NCBI GenBank assembly: GCA_040285825.1
Contig: JAUPSS010000001.1
Coordinates: 1,054,001-1,118,000 of the forward strand
Source: Eukaryota sp. TZLM1-RC
Taxonomy: Eukaryota; Protista; Metamonada: BaSk clade
Length of the DNA stretch: 64,000 nt
Reading direction: 5' to 3'
The position numbers and the translations under genes are program-made. The notes beneath the pieces are model-generated. The model was given only the letters and a program-made list of their open reading frames with translations, had not been told where the DNA came from and made no database searches. Positions 33,386 to 46,067 of the stretch are shown here, in pieces. Position 1 is the stretch's first letter; each line of letters starts with the position of its first letter.

Positions 33386-34056
33386 AGAAAATGACAATCA
33401 CTCATTTGTTAAATTGTAAACATTTTATTACTTTTAGAAGCAAGGTTCACGATGCTGTAAGAGACCAATTATATTGTATGCGCAAGTCCCATAGAATTGA
33501 ATCTTTTTTGGAACCTATGGTGTCAAATCTGTTTGATGCTGAAAATGATTTTCATATGAATAATAGAGGTGAGGACATATTACCTGAATTAGATGGAACC
33601 TTCATTATATTGGATGTAATGTCTGTTAATCCTTGTAATGCCTCAAATGAAAGGCTTGTTAATTCTGAAATTCATAATCCTCTTTCAACTGCTGAGAATT
33701 TCAAAATCAAAAAATACAATGAACCTTTGTCCAAATTGTTCAGTCAACAGCATGCAAAATACAATTTGTACCCATTTGTATATTCTCTTTTTGGTTCACT
33801 TGCTCCAATGGCTATTCGTTTTTTGGCAGATTTTGAAAAGATTGTAAAGAGAAGAACTCACAGATATTTCAACAGATTGTTTTGGCAAAATAGAATTGTT
33901 CTTTTTATTTTTAAGGGGATGCTGAAGATGGTTTCTGATGCTTTGCTTTCTCTTGGATCTCACTATGAGAAAGTTGCATCTAGTGTTTTTGTTTTGGGAG
34001 AGATGGACTATTTAGATGTTGATTTTTAGGTTTTTAATAAAAAAATATTAAAAAAA
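33386..34056 (+). mobile_element. Family B RLE non-LTR retrotransposon, 5'-truncated
   Basis: HLLNC, HDAVRD, RGE...LDV and K..KY motifs, ending DYLDVDF*, followed by an A-rich tail. Confidence 0.88.
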
Positions 34057-35146
34057 TTTCGCAGTTGGCCATGCCTTATTTTGTTTCCTCTGGTTCCGAC
34101 TGATTTCAGAAGTAAATCAGTACAATAAATAAATAAAATAAAGTAAATGTAGCCCAAAACTCAATTCTTAATTTGAATTGTTATTCTTGCTCTTCTTATT
34201 TTTTTATTATTTTTTAATTTTTTCCAATTCATCACTTGTGTTAATTGCAAAACAATGATACCATAAATAAATCAGTGAATCATTGATGAATTCACTTGTT
34301 TAGTATTTGTTTAAAAAGTGTCCCTCCTTCACACCTCCCCACTCCGATGGTGGTCGTCAGCACAAAACAGATCTTGAACAGAAATAAATTAAAAAGAAAT
34401 TAAAAAAGAACAAAATCTTTCCTTGCGCGGAAACTAGGAAATAAGGAGAGACGGAATAGTTAGTTGTTGACTTATAAACTTTATTAAACTTATTGTTTAA
34501 AAAATTCATCCGAAAAAATATAATATTATACCTGCCTTTTGGTTTCCATCAAATTGTGAATTGGTAGCTTGTTTTTTGGTTTCATAAAAGAAATTCAAGC
34601 ATTATTCAAACAATTAATCCCGGCTAAAAATTTGTGGTAGTGTTATATCCCCAAAACTCAGACTCAAAAGCGCAAGATCAGTTGACTGTCAAAATGCTTT
34701 GAATTTGATAATTTACAGAAACTATCTTGATTGAAGAAATAGAAATGATTCTATAATAACCAAAACGAACATTTTTTTAATTTTTTTCCAAATTTTTTGA
34801 GGTAATATATGGGTGTATATGTGAATAGTGGTTGGGTCTATTACTAGACTTGAAAAATAGACTTTTGAAAAAATATTCTCAACTGCTTAATTTGTTGAGT
34901 TTTGAACAGAAATCCAACAAAATCACTGTAGTTCTGTTTGGGTACAGTGTTCAAAAGTACATTTTAGTAGTATCAGAACATGGTGGAATTAGATCTCAGC
35001 TTTAATGCACAAACACTAATTTACTAATGTCACGGAGATACTCTTAGTCAGAAATAGATTGGACTATGTGGCAAATAAAGGCAAATAATTAAAGAATTTA
35101 TCATACAAATGGAATAATACTGTACAAAGACTAAAATTCTAATTAA

Positions 35147-38100
35147 TTAATAATTGAATTTTTGCTTCAACTTAAATAATTGTTTTCTAATACCCTCATC
35201 TGATTTCTTCTCCAAATTTTTCAGCTTGTCAATTATGCCAAGCTCATTTGCTTTTCCAAAACAAAACTCGTTACCTAAATAATTACCCAATGCAAACAAG
35301 GCAACTTTTCGAACACCTGAAGCAATATCTTCATCTAGATATAATATTTCCAAATTTTCCAAAACTCTACACTCAAGAGCTGTATTTATGGTCTCATTAG
35401 AAGAATTTCCTTGACTAAAACGTGCCAAATTTCCTATAGCTCCAGCAGCATTTGACTTAATTTTCGAATCTTTTAAACCAAGACATTTGACTAGAAATGG
35501 GAAAACTGAAGATTCCACGAAAATTTCATGTAAAGAACTGTCGTGATAAGCTGCATTACCGATTGCCAACGTGGCACTACGTAGCACATTTTGGTCTTCT
35601 GAAGTCAAGCAACTAACCAACAGTGGAATAATTCCAACTTGGGATAGTTTAACGTAGAAGAAGTTTGAATGCCGGCAAAGGTTACCAACAAGAGAACAGA
35701 CCTTTGCCTTGACAAGATCGGATCCTGTTCGTAATAGAGTCGGCAAAATTTTCAAAATTCCAGAAAAATCAATAAAAACAAATGATTCTTCAGAAATTCT
35801 AGCTAATTGAGTAATGGAGATCAAACCATCAATGACCAAATTTTCAGAAGTTGGTGGTGCTATTGCTGAAACAAAAGGTAGTACAGAGCATCTGGATTCA
35901 CGTGCAAAAGCGGAGACTTGTTGTCGAGAGGTTTCCGTTTCCATAAGTGACCGGTCAGATAAAGTCCCCATAAACGAATCAAGTTCAACAAAAGTCAGAC
36001 AAGAATCATCATCAATTGATTCACTTGATTGATTATTTTTGACCTGAATGTTTGACTTATCAAGACTTTTGATCAGCATGGTGACGTGGCTCTGACTCAT
36101 CATCAGTAATCGAGAAAACAACTTGAGAGGCTCTGTTCTCAGTGAGTTTGAGAATGGTAAATATCTGAAATAATTACATATAATCAAAACCAAATTAATT
36201 TCAAGCAATTTTTCTTGGAAAAAAGAGATTTCCATAATAGCGGGTTGAAATACGATTCTGTTTAATAATTTGCAAAAACAACTAAATAAAGGCGAAATTA
36301 ATGAACAAATTAAATTGAAATTAGAAAGAACATTAATGCAGTTAATTGAATAATTAAATAAAATTGACAACAATTTTACGGTAATGTTGATATTTAAATC
36401 CAAATAATTCGCAATGGTGTTGACATATACGCACAAGGTCATAATCAACTCATCAATTCTTGACTTTAGAGGAAAATAAAGCTGATGATTTGACAATGAT
36501 TTACTGATTGATTGATTAGCAAATTCAGCTGACAAGCTCAAAATGTGTTGACTTTGAATGACCGCAAGCTCAAAATGACGTTCAGTGATTAGTTCAGGAA
36601 CGGTTGTGCAAACATTTGAAAAAAACAATACCGGAATAGCAAACAGATTTGGAAATTGATTTGGTAAAGTCAACTTTATAATTGACTCTAAAGAAAGACA
36701 ACTAATCAGATTTGATTGATTGGTATTTGATTGAACAAGTGATGATAGATCAAAAGGAAAATAACTGCCATTTAGACAGCTTTCTATCAAATTTTCCACA
36801 CTAGAATGTGCATTTTTTTCCAGTTGAGAGAAAATATTTAGATTTGCGAGTAATAATAAACAACACAGAATGAACAAGTTACAATTATTTTTGGAAAATG
36901 ATAAAATTGCTGAATTAATGGTGTAATAATCCAATCTTTCTGATACTGAATCGGGATAAATTTTCGATAATCTCAACAGTAAGCAAAAACGTAAGCAAAA
37001 GTCCAAAAATACAGGACTTTCCGTGACTGAAGACGTGTCAAAAGTGACCAAAGGTAACCCGTTTGAGCAAACCATTTTACTTAAATCCTTTGAAAAGACT
37101 TGGAGCCCGACATTCAAAACATTGCCCGATACAAAATCCGCCGTATCAGGAGAATAGTTCAAAAATAAAAGAATTTTGAGCGCCTTGATGGAAACCAGAT
37201 AATCAGAAGCGTCATCAGCCACATCATCAGTCAAAATCAAACCAGCAGTTGCCAATTCACATAGTGCTGGTAATGAGTGGAATTCTGCAACAAATCTGGC
37301 AAGACACCCTGCTAGCTCAGAATACACACTCTTTTCTGACAATATTTGACCTGATGACGTGCGCAGATCACGTGATGATGACGTGATGGGAGTCAGAATG
37401 GTTTCTATTCCATCCAATGCTAATAACGTGCTTGGGTCGGCCGAGCTAGTTAAACATCCAATCAAGGCAGGTACAATCAAATCAGAGTCAATCACACGTT
37501 TCAGCCAGTTTAAATCACGTGACTCCCTGCCTAAACAGGCAACCAATAGAGCAAGAGCATAATATCTACTACTGGGGTGACCTGGTGACGTCAGATAAGA
37601 AGCAGAAACAGAAACAAGTGAACCAAAATTCACCAAAGAAGAGCTCACCGGTTGAAAATTTGAACTCGTCACTTCCTCTGACACTCCTAATTTTTCATTT
37701 GGTAAAAGTTCTAAAGCATGCTTCACCGTATCAAAAGTGAGTGAAAGACAATCTATAGAGGCATCAGAGGAATGCAACATTAGCCACCTAGCAGTTGAAA
37801 CTAAATGATTATAATTATTCTCAGTCCAAAACCAATCAATCACGACTGTCATATCACGTGATTCATCAGTATTTTTGACCCTCGCACACGTCATAACAGC
37901 CTGGTGAAGCAACCTTATTATATCAAATACACTTTTAAAAAGAGCAGGTTCTGTCTTGATTTTACAAGAAACAAAACCTAAAGTATTATTGATCTGGGTC
38001 ATCAAATTCTTGTTACTAAAAATAGAAAGAACACCATCAATATTGTTGGCAACAGAAAAAACTTTCTCCGGGAGATTTGGACCATGTTTCTTCTTAACAT

Positions 38101-39049
38101 TGGTTAAGGAGGGAGAAACTGAAGGTCGTTTCGGGTTAGAATCATTGTTAAAACTTGAAATATTTGGTGCACTTTTTGGAATATTCAGCTCAGAATAAGT
38201 AGGACTTGAAAATTTCTTTTGACTTGTCACAACTTCGCTTTTTGGTCTGGATTTTTGACCTACTGATGACGTGGCATTTTGAACCTTCACAAAAGGATGT
38301 TGCAATAACTGCGGCCATTGTAACCTATTCCCAGGCTCTTTTTGCAATAATCCCTTTAAAAAAGACTTAAACTCTGGGCTCATGTCTTTTGTAAATCTTA
38401 TTCTATCTCGCACTATTTGCTGGACCAACGACATTAAATTATTAGTATAGAATGGGGGTTTTGAGTGAAATAATTCATATAAAATAATGCCCAGAGACCA
38501 TAAATCTATTGAGTGGTCATATGCCTTTTCCTGGACCAATTCAGGAGCCATGTACAGAGGAGTTCCCTTAATGGACCTAGCAACTATGGTAGACTTACTT
38601 AAAGCTCTGGCAAACCCAAAATCACAAAGTTTAACAATACCACCCGAGCAAATTAGAATGTTTTGTGGTTTCATATCTCTGTGGATAACTCTATTATCAT
38701 GAAGGTATTTCAAGGCACTGACTAGTTGAATGGCGATGGATCTCACTTCTGCTTCAGGAAGACATTTGTCGTCTTCCAGTATTTCATAGAGGTCACCATG
38801 AGCGTACTCAGTAACGACACAAATGTCAGTATCTGTTTCGAAACAGTCAAAGTATTTGATTACGTTGGTATGGTTGAGAGTTTTGTGGATTTGGAGTTCC
38901 TTTCGTATGTTGTCAATGTCCTTTTGGTCTTTGTTTTGGAGAGAGATAAATTTGAGGGCGACAATGTCAGTACAGCCGACTCGCCGGCCTCTGTAAACAC
39001 GGCCAAAGCTACCCTCTCCAATAAGATCAAGTACATGGTATTTTTCCAT
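35147..39049 (-). CDS. STK36: Fused/STK36-family Ser/Thr kinase with C-terminal ARM/HEAT repeats (~1300 aa)
   Basis: MEKYHVLDLIGEGSFGRVY, HRDMKPQNIL, KLCDFGFARA and SIKGTPLYMAPELVQE, plus C-terminal ARM-like CSLVGNLCRH, AIGNAAYH and AAGAIGNL. The start is placed at the MEKY ATG. Confidence 0.92.
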   Translation of the reverse strand: MEKYHVLDLIGEGSFGRVYRGRRVGCTDIVALKFISLQNKDQKDIDNIRKELQIHKTLNHTNVIKYFDCFETDTDICVVTEYAHGDLYEILEDDKCLPEAEVRSIAIQLVSALKYLHDNRVIHRDMKPQNILICSGGIVKLCDFGFARALSKSTIVARSIKGTPLYMAPELVQEKAYDHSIDLWSLGIILYELFHSKPPFYTNNLMSLVQQIVRDRIRFTKDMSPEFKSFLKGLLQKEPGNRLQWPQLLQHPFVKVQNATSSVGQKSRPKSEVVTSQKKFSSPTYSELNIPKSAPNISSFNNDSNPKRPSVSPSLTNVKKKHGPNLPEKVFSVANNIDGVLSIFSNKNLMTQINNTLGFVSCKIKTEPALFKSVFDIIRLLHQAVMTCARVKNTDESRDMTVVIDWFWTENNYNHLVSTARWLMLHSSDASIDCLSLTFDTVKHALELLPNEKLGVSEEVTSSNFQPVSSSLVNFGSLVSVSASYLTSPGHPSSRYYALALLVACLGRESRDLNWLKRVIDSDLIVPALIGCLTSSADPSTLLALDGIETILTPITSSSRDLRTSSGQILSEKSVYSELAGCLARFVAEFHSLPALCELATAGLILTDDVADDASDYLVSIKALKILLFLNYSPDTADFVSGNVLNVGLQVFSKDLSKMVCSNGLPLVTFDTSSVTESPVFLDFCLRFCLLLRLSKIYPDSVSERLDYYTINSAILSFSKNNCNLFILCCLLLLANLNIFSQLEKNAHSSVENLIESCLNGSYFPFDLSSLVQSNTNQSNLISCLSLESIIKLTLPNQFPNLFAIPVLFFSNVCTTVPELITERHFELAVIQSQHILSLSAEFANQSISKSLSNHQLYFPLKSRIDELIMTLCVYVNTIANYLDLNINITVKLLSILFNYSINCINVLSNFNLICSLISPLFSCFCKLLNRIVFQPAIMEISFFQEKLLEINLVLIICNYFRYLPFSNSLRTEPLKLFSRLLMMSQSHVTMLIKSLDKSNIQVKNNQSSESIDDDSCLTFVELDSFMGTLSDRSLMETETSRQQVSAFARESRCSVLPFVSAIAPPTSENLVIDGLISITQLARISEESFVFIDFSGILKILPTLLRTGSDLVKAKVCSLVGNLCRHSNFFYVKLSQVGIIPLLVSCLTSEDQNVLRSATLAIGNAAYHDSSLHEIFVESSVFPFLVKCLGLKDSKIKSNAAGAIGNLARFSQGNSSNETINTALECRVLENLEILYLDEDIASGVRKVALFALGNYLGNEFCFGKANELGIIDKLKNLEKKSDEGIRKQLFKLKQKFNY

Positions 39050-39239
39050 TGAGAAGAAAGAATTAATAGGAAGAAGTGCAAATGATGTACAGAGTAGGGG
39101 TAAATTATGGGGAAGTAACCCTAGGATGCTGTTGTGGTTCAAGACGTTTATAATTTTACTTTTTGTTTTTCCTATCCAACAATTGAAAAATTGCATACAC
39201 TATTGTTCTCATTCACACTTTTAAATCAGCAGGGCGCAA

Positions 39240-39312
39240 TCACTCGTAGCACAACCGGCAGTGCGCTCGACTGTTAATCGAAAGGTTGTGAGTTCGAGTC
39301 TCACCGAGTGAG
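39240..39312 (+). tRNA. tRNA-Asn (GTT)
   Basis: Full 73-nt cloverleaf: TCACTCG/CGAGTGA acceptor, GCAC/GTGC D-stem, CTGTTAA anticodon loop, GTGAG-TTCGAGT-CTCAC T arm, discriminator G and a downstream T-run. Confidence 0.95.
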
Positions 39313-39701
39313 TTAATTTTAGAATGTATAATTAATAATTAATAATAATTCAAGATTTGCTTCAGACAACACGAACAACAGCAATTCCGTTTTTGAGCAA
39401 CAATTAGATCAAACCCATTTAAAATCAATAACCAGTATGACAGAACTCCTAGTGGTCAGTTCTTTCTTGCAATTTGTTTCAATATGATAAAATTTTACAC
39501 AAAATATCAAAAATCGCATAAGATGATTTGACACAAAAATAAGGAAAATAACGAGCCTGGTAAACACAAGACCAAACTGAAAATATAGAATTTCCAAGGT
39601 TCAAAGAAAATAATTTCGAGTGGAATCAGATTTGAGTACTTCCCACCACAGGATCTTGCTTTACACCTTTCCATCAGTTGATATTTTTGTACTTCTAGTC
39701 A

Positions 39702-40532
39702 ATGTCTTCAGAATATGTAACTGATGATATTCGTAGGGAAGTCGCCAAGAAGTTCATTGAAGACTTCCTCGTCAACACCCAAGACATCAATGATAAAGTA
39801 TCTAAAAAACGACTACGTGCTCTTTATAAGGACAATGTTCCTGAACAGTTTAGGTTTCCTGCACCCCGGGCAAAAGCTTTCTTTTCTCTATTGAGATCTC
39901 ATCTAAACATACCAGCACAAGCAATGACAATGTACATGATAGGATCTGCTCGGCTATTCCCTCACGGTGAAGAAGTCAGCATATCCTCCTTCAAACGCTA
40001 CATGGATTCATTCCAAAAATCCACCCCTCTCCCATCTTCACCCAAACCCACACCTCAACCTACTGTGTCAACACCCAAACAATCACAGTTTCATCGCGCA
40101 GGTTCTCAATATCCAGAACTCTGCATAGCATCTACTCCTGACCACTATCTTGTCCGCATCTTCATCTCTGCGGAGGACGTGGAACTTACATTGTTGGATG
40201 ATATTGAGAATGCTCTTGTAATTGAATATAAAGGTCGTATATTTATGCCCCATAATTACCAAATTGTTTCTAAATCAAATCAAACTAAGATGTCCATTTA
40301 TCTCCAACTTCCTCACGACGCCGATACTTGTACCTTTACCCCTAGAGTTGAAGTCCAAGACCATTGGATTGATGTCTACGTCGGCCGAGCTATGGTAGGG
40401 AGCACTATTGCAACTATTGATTTAATGGATCCGAGGAATGTGGTTCAAGCCACAACAGCTCCTGTTAGCTGGCAGGACATTATACATCATGGCGAGGTTG
40501 ATGACGATGATGATGAAGTGATGAAGGTTTGA
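39702..40532 (+). CDS. Hypothetical protein (276 aa) with a Pro-rich linker and a possible HSP20-like beta-sandwich C-terminal domain
   Basis: ATG-started ORF, richer in GC than its flanks. The domain guess rests only on the alternating beta-strand pattern. Confidence 0.65.
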   Translation: MSSEYVTDDIRREVAKKFIEDFLVNTQDINDKVSKKRLRALYKDNVPEQFRFPAPRAKAFFSLLRSHLNIPAQAMTMYMIGSARLFPHGEEVSISSFKRYMDSFQKSTPLPSSPKPTPQPTVSTPKQSQFHRAGSQYPELCIASTPDHYLVRIFISAEDVELTLLDDIENALVIEYKGRIFMPHNYQIVSKSNQTKMSIYLQLPHDADTCTFTPRVEVQDHWIDVYVGRAMVGSTIATIDLMDPRNVVQATTAPVSWQDIIHHGEVDDDDDEVMKV

Positions 40533-41237
40533 TTTGCTTTGATTGATTGATTTCTCAATTTATTTTTTTTAATTACTTTGAAATTGAAAGTGGTATTGTT
40601 GGCTTCACTTGTTTGTATTTTTTTGCTTTTTGCGATCGAAGGGAAGTTTGGATCAATCTTAACCCTTTATAATAATCACCTTTACTTTACATTTCACTCT
40701 TATTTGGAGATTTTTTACTACTGTTATTTGGTTGAATTATTTTCACATTTTAATTTTGTTGTTTTTCAACAACATTCAAAAACTTTATTTCCAGGCATTA
40801 ATTCCAATAAATCTCTTTTTATTTCAAATTTCTTTTACGTGTTTTTTTACTTATTTTTTGGTTTTGAATCTGTTCAATACATTGACACATGATCTTAAGC
40901 AACAACGTTAGGTTTAGGGTTAGGGTTAAGTTTTTTTTTAATTTTAAGACAAAGAAATTTTCATAAATACAATTTTCGTAAAAAAGAGATGGTTGCCATC
41001 CAGCATAATCTAAGACAGTAGTTTGTCTGGTGGTTGTTTGAAACGATTTTTCCCGTTAAATTAATTTCCATTCAGGGTTAAAAGAGAAACAACAACAAAG
41101 ATGTTGTTGTTGCTGCTGATACACTAGGTTTAAACATCCGAAGATTTCACGTGATGACGTGGCATTTGTTCAAGAACATGCATCTTGATTAATAAATGCT
41201 CTTTCTTCTGTCTTTTACTTCTTTGGTATTTTTTTTG

Positions 41238-43550
41238 TTTTTTTACAATTGAAATTTATTTTCAACGCTAAAAAACATTAAACAAAAAACTAGAACTCAA
41301 TATCCTCAATACACACATCAACATCATCAAATCTTTTAAGCGCGCGATTTTCATACTCAATTCCTAATTGTAACAGTGCTTTGGTCAACATTTCTGGAAT
41401 TGCTTTAAGAATACCAAAAACAATTCTATTGTCCAGAAATTGAAGTTCAATTCTTTTCCTGCTCTTTCTTTTAAACTTCTGAAACCTTCAAGAAATTTAA
41501 TGCCAGATATTCCAATGTTACCAAAAAGAGAAACAGCAAATGGAACCAACTGATACTTGACAAGCTCAACACGTCCTAGCTGAGATAAGGGTTCATTGTA
41601 CTTTTTGATTTTGCTCTTTTCAGCAAAGCAAAGTAGAGTTTCATCTCTTTTAACAAAATCAAAAGCTGAGTCTGTACAAACATCAACAGTGACAACATCA
41701 ACAACTTTAATAACACCATCAGACGCAGGGGTAATTGAATCAGCATGGCGTTTCCCAAAAGTATTTTCATCTTCATTTTCAGGTGACAACCTTGGCACAA
41801 GTGGTTCAACAAAAGCTTCAATGTGATGACTTTTGCACATAGCGTATAGTTGGTCTCTAACAGCATCGTGAACAACTGAGCGATATGTAATATTAAATTT
41901 GCAATTAAATAAATGATTCATATTAATGAGCTGACCACAACGACAAATCAAATCATTTGGCGTACTACATGGCCACAGAAAACACCTCATCCTGAAGACA
42001 GTTGTCCATTGATGATCATTTAATAATAGACCATATACATTTGGAATCTGGGAAATAAGACAACTTGAGCTACTATCCTTGAGGTCAATTAAACATTTTG
42101 CAAAAACGGGATTCTTTTCTTTAGCCAAGCTAAGACGAACAGTGAAATCCAAGTTTTAACATTTTTTTCTGCAATTTAGCATATGCAAATTTCAAGGAAA
42201 TAAAACTTCTGGGTGGAATTTCTTGAATATCAGCAGGAAAGCATTTGGACCATTTGTGAGGAGAGATGGATTCAATTTCACTCTGCAAACACACTTCATA
42301 GTCACTAACACAACATTCTATTAAATGTTTGTTTTCAGGAAAACGTTTCAAAAATTCTGCAATTTGAATTAGAAAATTTGCCTAGTGATATCTGGATTCA
42401 GTGTTTTCCTCAAAATGTTCAAGAAATTCCCACTCGATCACTTCCAAATTTACGTTTTTGCTTGAAAAAGCTTCAGCACCATCTGGTTAAATTATATGAA
42501 GGCTTGGATTATGAAGTAAGACTTGGCTTGGCCAAAACTAAAAATCCCGCTTTCGGTAATTTTTTAAAGGATATTCGTGATAGTTCAGCTGCTGCTTTAG
42601 TAACTCAAGTTCCCTCTATTTATGGACTTTTGTTAAAAGACAATGAATGGCTTCTAAACATGCGTTTTCGTTGTTTTCTGTGGCCAAACAATTTGCCCAA
42701 TCATTTAACTTGTAAATGTGGTAAACCTCTTTTGTTTACTCATCTTTTGAACTGTAAACATTTCATTACGTTTAGAAGCAAAGTGCATAATAACGTCAGG
42801 GACCAAATTTATGTAATGTGCAAATCATATCGTGTAGATTCCTTTTTAGAACCGCTGTTATCAAAATTAATTCTTGATGATCCCAATATTGATAGTACGC
42901 GTTACAACAGAGCTTCTATGGGTCTGACTAGAGGTGATCTAGTTGTTCCTGGTTTAAATGGTAGTTTTACTATTTTGGACGCCATGTCTATTGACCCTTG
43001 TAATTCCTCTGACGAACATTTCATTAACTCGGATGTAAATAATCCTCTTCTTGCAGGGGAAAAATATAAAATTGCTAAATATGCGAAACCCATTTCCTCG
43101 GTTAATGAAAATTCTCATGCCCACTATAATTTATGTCCATTTGTTTTTTCTTTGCTTGGATCTCTAGGTAAGGCTGCTATGGCTTTCCTTGAGGATTTTG
43201 TTGTAGTTGTAAAGGAAAGAACTGGAAGAATTTTCAATCGTGTTTACTGGCAAAACAGGATTGTATTTTCTATTTTTAAGGGAATGGTAACACTAATTTC
43301 TGATTCACTATCTTCTTTTGGGAAATTTTCTGAATCTTTAGCGATTAATTGTTTTGATGTAGGGGAGGCAGGTTTTGAGGATGTGGAGTTTTAATTGTGT
43401 ATTTCATATTTGTTGTTAAATAAAAATAAACAATTATCAAAAAAAATTCAAAAACAAAATTTTTGCCTCCACCGAGGAATGCCGCTTTACACAAATATTT
43501 GGATTTGTGAAAATCCAGGCCTCCCAATTCTGTGCTACAAAAAATTTAAC
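41238..43550 (-). mobile_element. Family A RLE non-LTR element (41238..42357 plus 43442..43550), interrupted by a family C insertion
   Basis: GGLDFHKSKYLCKAAFLGGGKNFVFEF (~43445-43527) continues into LKRFPENKHLIECC (42351 downward); homologous to 50388..51542. Confidence 0.88.
42358..43441 (+). mobile_element. Family C RLE non-LTR element, 5'-truncated, flanked by TSD AAAAATTC
   Basis: ORF 42378..43394 has CKC..HLLNC, HNNVRD, RGDL...LDA and K..KY, ending EDVEF*. AAAAATTC occurs at 42350-42357 and 43442-43449. Confidence 0.9.
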
Positions 43551-43592
43551 TACGTCAAAAAGAAGAATCAATATCGAATCAATATCGATGTT

Positions 43593-43727
43593 GAAGATGA
43601 CTTCTGATGCTTTGCTTTCTCTTGAATCTCACTAGAAAGAGTTGCATGATGTTGTTTTGTTTTGGGAAAGAAGGATTATTTAGATGTTGATTTATATGTT
43701 TTCTAATAAATAAATATATTTCAAAAA
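43593..43727 (+). mobile_element. Family B non-LTR 3' tail
   Basis: gaagatg.cttctgatgctttgctttctcttg...gattatttagatgttgattt...aataaataaata. Confidence 0.8.
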
Positions 43728-44285
43728 CACAAAATCTCCTCTTTCATCTCTTTTCGAATTTAGCTCGATTTAGCTATATTACGACAGGACTATTCATCCA
43801 CACGGAAGAAGTTGAATGAAATCATGCAGTTTCGTCCAAGTGCAGTGCAATGATCAGCCAAGTAAATGAATATGATGTTGTATTGTTTCCACTAAGTTCT
43901 TCATAAAATTATTTTTGAAGCTGATTAATGAACGAGCTGAGCTCATTGAGCTCTGATCACTCATAGTATTGTTTATTTACTGCTTCAACTGAATTTACAA
44001 TTTATATTGATGAGAAATGTATCCAAAAATGATACTGTGAGTAGTTAAAGAAATCATTTGTTGTTAAAATATCTTCTTAAATATCTTCCTAATATCTTCT
44101 TAAGTCATTTATGAGGATTAGAGCAAAATTTTAAACACTGAAGTTCTTTGTTACTGAATTCAGACAATCTGATCTGGTAGAAATCCAATTGTAACTAGTT
44201 AAAACTTTTGAAAGAAGTGATAAAATTCAAAAAATATTATAAGGAAAATTTTACACAAAGAGAAAATAAAAGTAAAACAATGAAT

Positions 44286-46067
44286 CTAAAACTTGGCCTT
44301 GAAATACTGGCCATAGTATTCTTCTGGCTTTTGAATAATGGGATTAATGGAAGAAGTCAATTGTGTCTGAGGATCTTCCAAAATCCAATTAAGAGATGTA
44401 AAATCAGCATTTTCAAACTTTTCCTTATACATTTCAATAGTAACAGCAAGTTGTTGGTCAATAATGTCCATTAAATACTGACGTCTTTGGCTTTGGCAAT
44501 TACCTTCCTTGAATAAAACATCACAAATTTCGGGAAGTGTTTTGATGTTGATTAGTTCAAAAATACTCTTAGTATTGAGCTTGCCTTGATTGTAAATATT
44601 GCCTCTAAGGTTCCTAAAGATATTGTTAATCATACCAATAGTGATATGAGGTCCCTTGGTGATGACAGAATCATCATATCCTTCTGAAATCCAATAAAAG
44701 TTGTCCTTTCCACGAACAAGATTGGAAACATTCAAATGAGCAGCTCTAATGTTAAAACTGGGAAAAATAGACAAACCTGAAATTGTTAAGATGAGTAATT
44801 GAATAATCACAGTCTCCATCTTCTTCTTCCATGACATCCGAGAACTGATTTCTATGGAAACAGCCTACACGGATGGCATTTCCATCAATAGAGTTGGTCG
44901 AGAAGGTCAAATAAGGTAAATCTACCACTTCAGGGACGCCCCATTTGTGATTTCTAGTTGGTATCTTTGCCATGTCCAAGTTTGGTAAAACAATAGCGAA
45001 TCCACGTTGGAAATACTTTTTCAAACGGGCTTCAAAAGTGGTGGATCTTCTGGCAGTGTCTACAACATTAATACGACGACCAACAGAAAGTAATCCCAAA
45101 CTGGTGAGCCATACATTAGATCCATCAAAGGCAACAGAGGAAGAACCTAAATCAAAACCTGAAATTATTAAAATAAAAGAAACAAACCATGTAGGAGTTC
45201 AGAAATAGAAGAGTATAATCGTAGGATTACTTGAATAATCAAAGCATCAACTCTAATAGTGATTGAATTCTTTGTTCTATATTGCTCCAAATGAGGAAGA
45301 TAGAATGAAGATGGACACCCTGGGAACTGTTTATCAAAGTCTTCGTTAGTAACAAAGATGGTGGATCCACTTCGTTTAAATTGCAAAGTTTGGGATAGAG
45401 TCTCAATCAAGTTCTCCTTAAACTTCTTGGCCTCTTCAGAAAGGGCTTCTTGGCTTTGTTGGCTATTTCTACCAAACTTAGTGGGTGCTCTTCTGGAATT
45501 GAAACTGGTTTGGCTTGTGTTCTGGCTATCAGTGGACTTGGTTTCAAAATTAGCTTTAGTGAGAATAGTGGCTACATTATCGAGGTATTTGGCCCTTTCA
45601 GTTTCGATGATGCAATCTCTGATATCATCCAACAGTTTGTGAACTCTGCGATCACCTTCTTCCTTGCTAGTAAGGCCATGTACAAAAATGTCAATATCAG
45701 CACTGCTTCTGTAACGTGTGGAGGAAGAGTCACTGATAAGTTCTTGTACAGATCCACCAGCAATTACAAGATTGTCAAAGGGAAGGGTTTTGAAGAGTGC
45801 TGAAGTAAGTCATGTTGATCAAAACATACGGTATTTCTTGTAGAAATTGAGTCTAAACTCATCGATATCAGTGCATAAGTTTTGCTGATTATAAGATTGT
45901 CTTCCTTGCACAAGGGTAGGAAGAGAGTAATCCCAGGGGATAGATTCAAGGGCTGATAAAGGATGTATATCTTCAGTAACGCCAATGTAGCGATGCTTCT
46001 GAAGTTAGAAGACATACAATGAACACACAGCATCGATTTGGAGTACTTCTTTAACAGAGGCAATCAT
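44286..46067 (-). CDS. Pol-beta-superfamily nucleotidyltransferase-like protein, 553 aa, 5 exons (46067-46029, 45998-45830, 45799-45188, 45158-44777, 44745-44286)
   Basis: Removing four GT-AG introns (30, 30, 29, 31 nt) gives one 1662-nt ORF. It contains NLVIAGGSV...SADIDIFVHG, IQVILRLY..ISELLHGFDLGSSSVAFDG, RRSTTFEARLKKYFQRGF and a C-terminal W..EDPQTQLTSSINP...YYG. Confidence 0.85.

Noticed and set aside
39050-39196. N-terminal extension of the STK36 ORF
   Set aside because: Family homology begins at MEKYHVL; the extension looks like open 5' flank.
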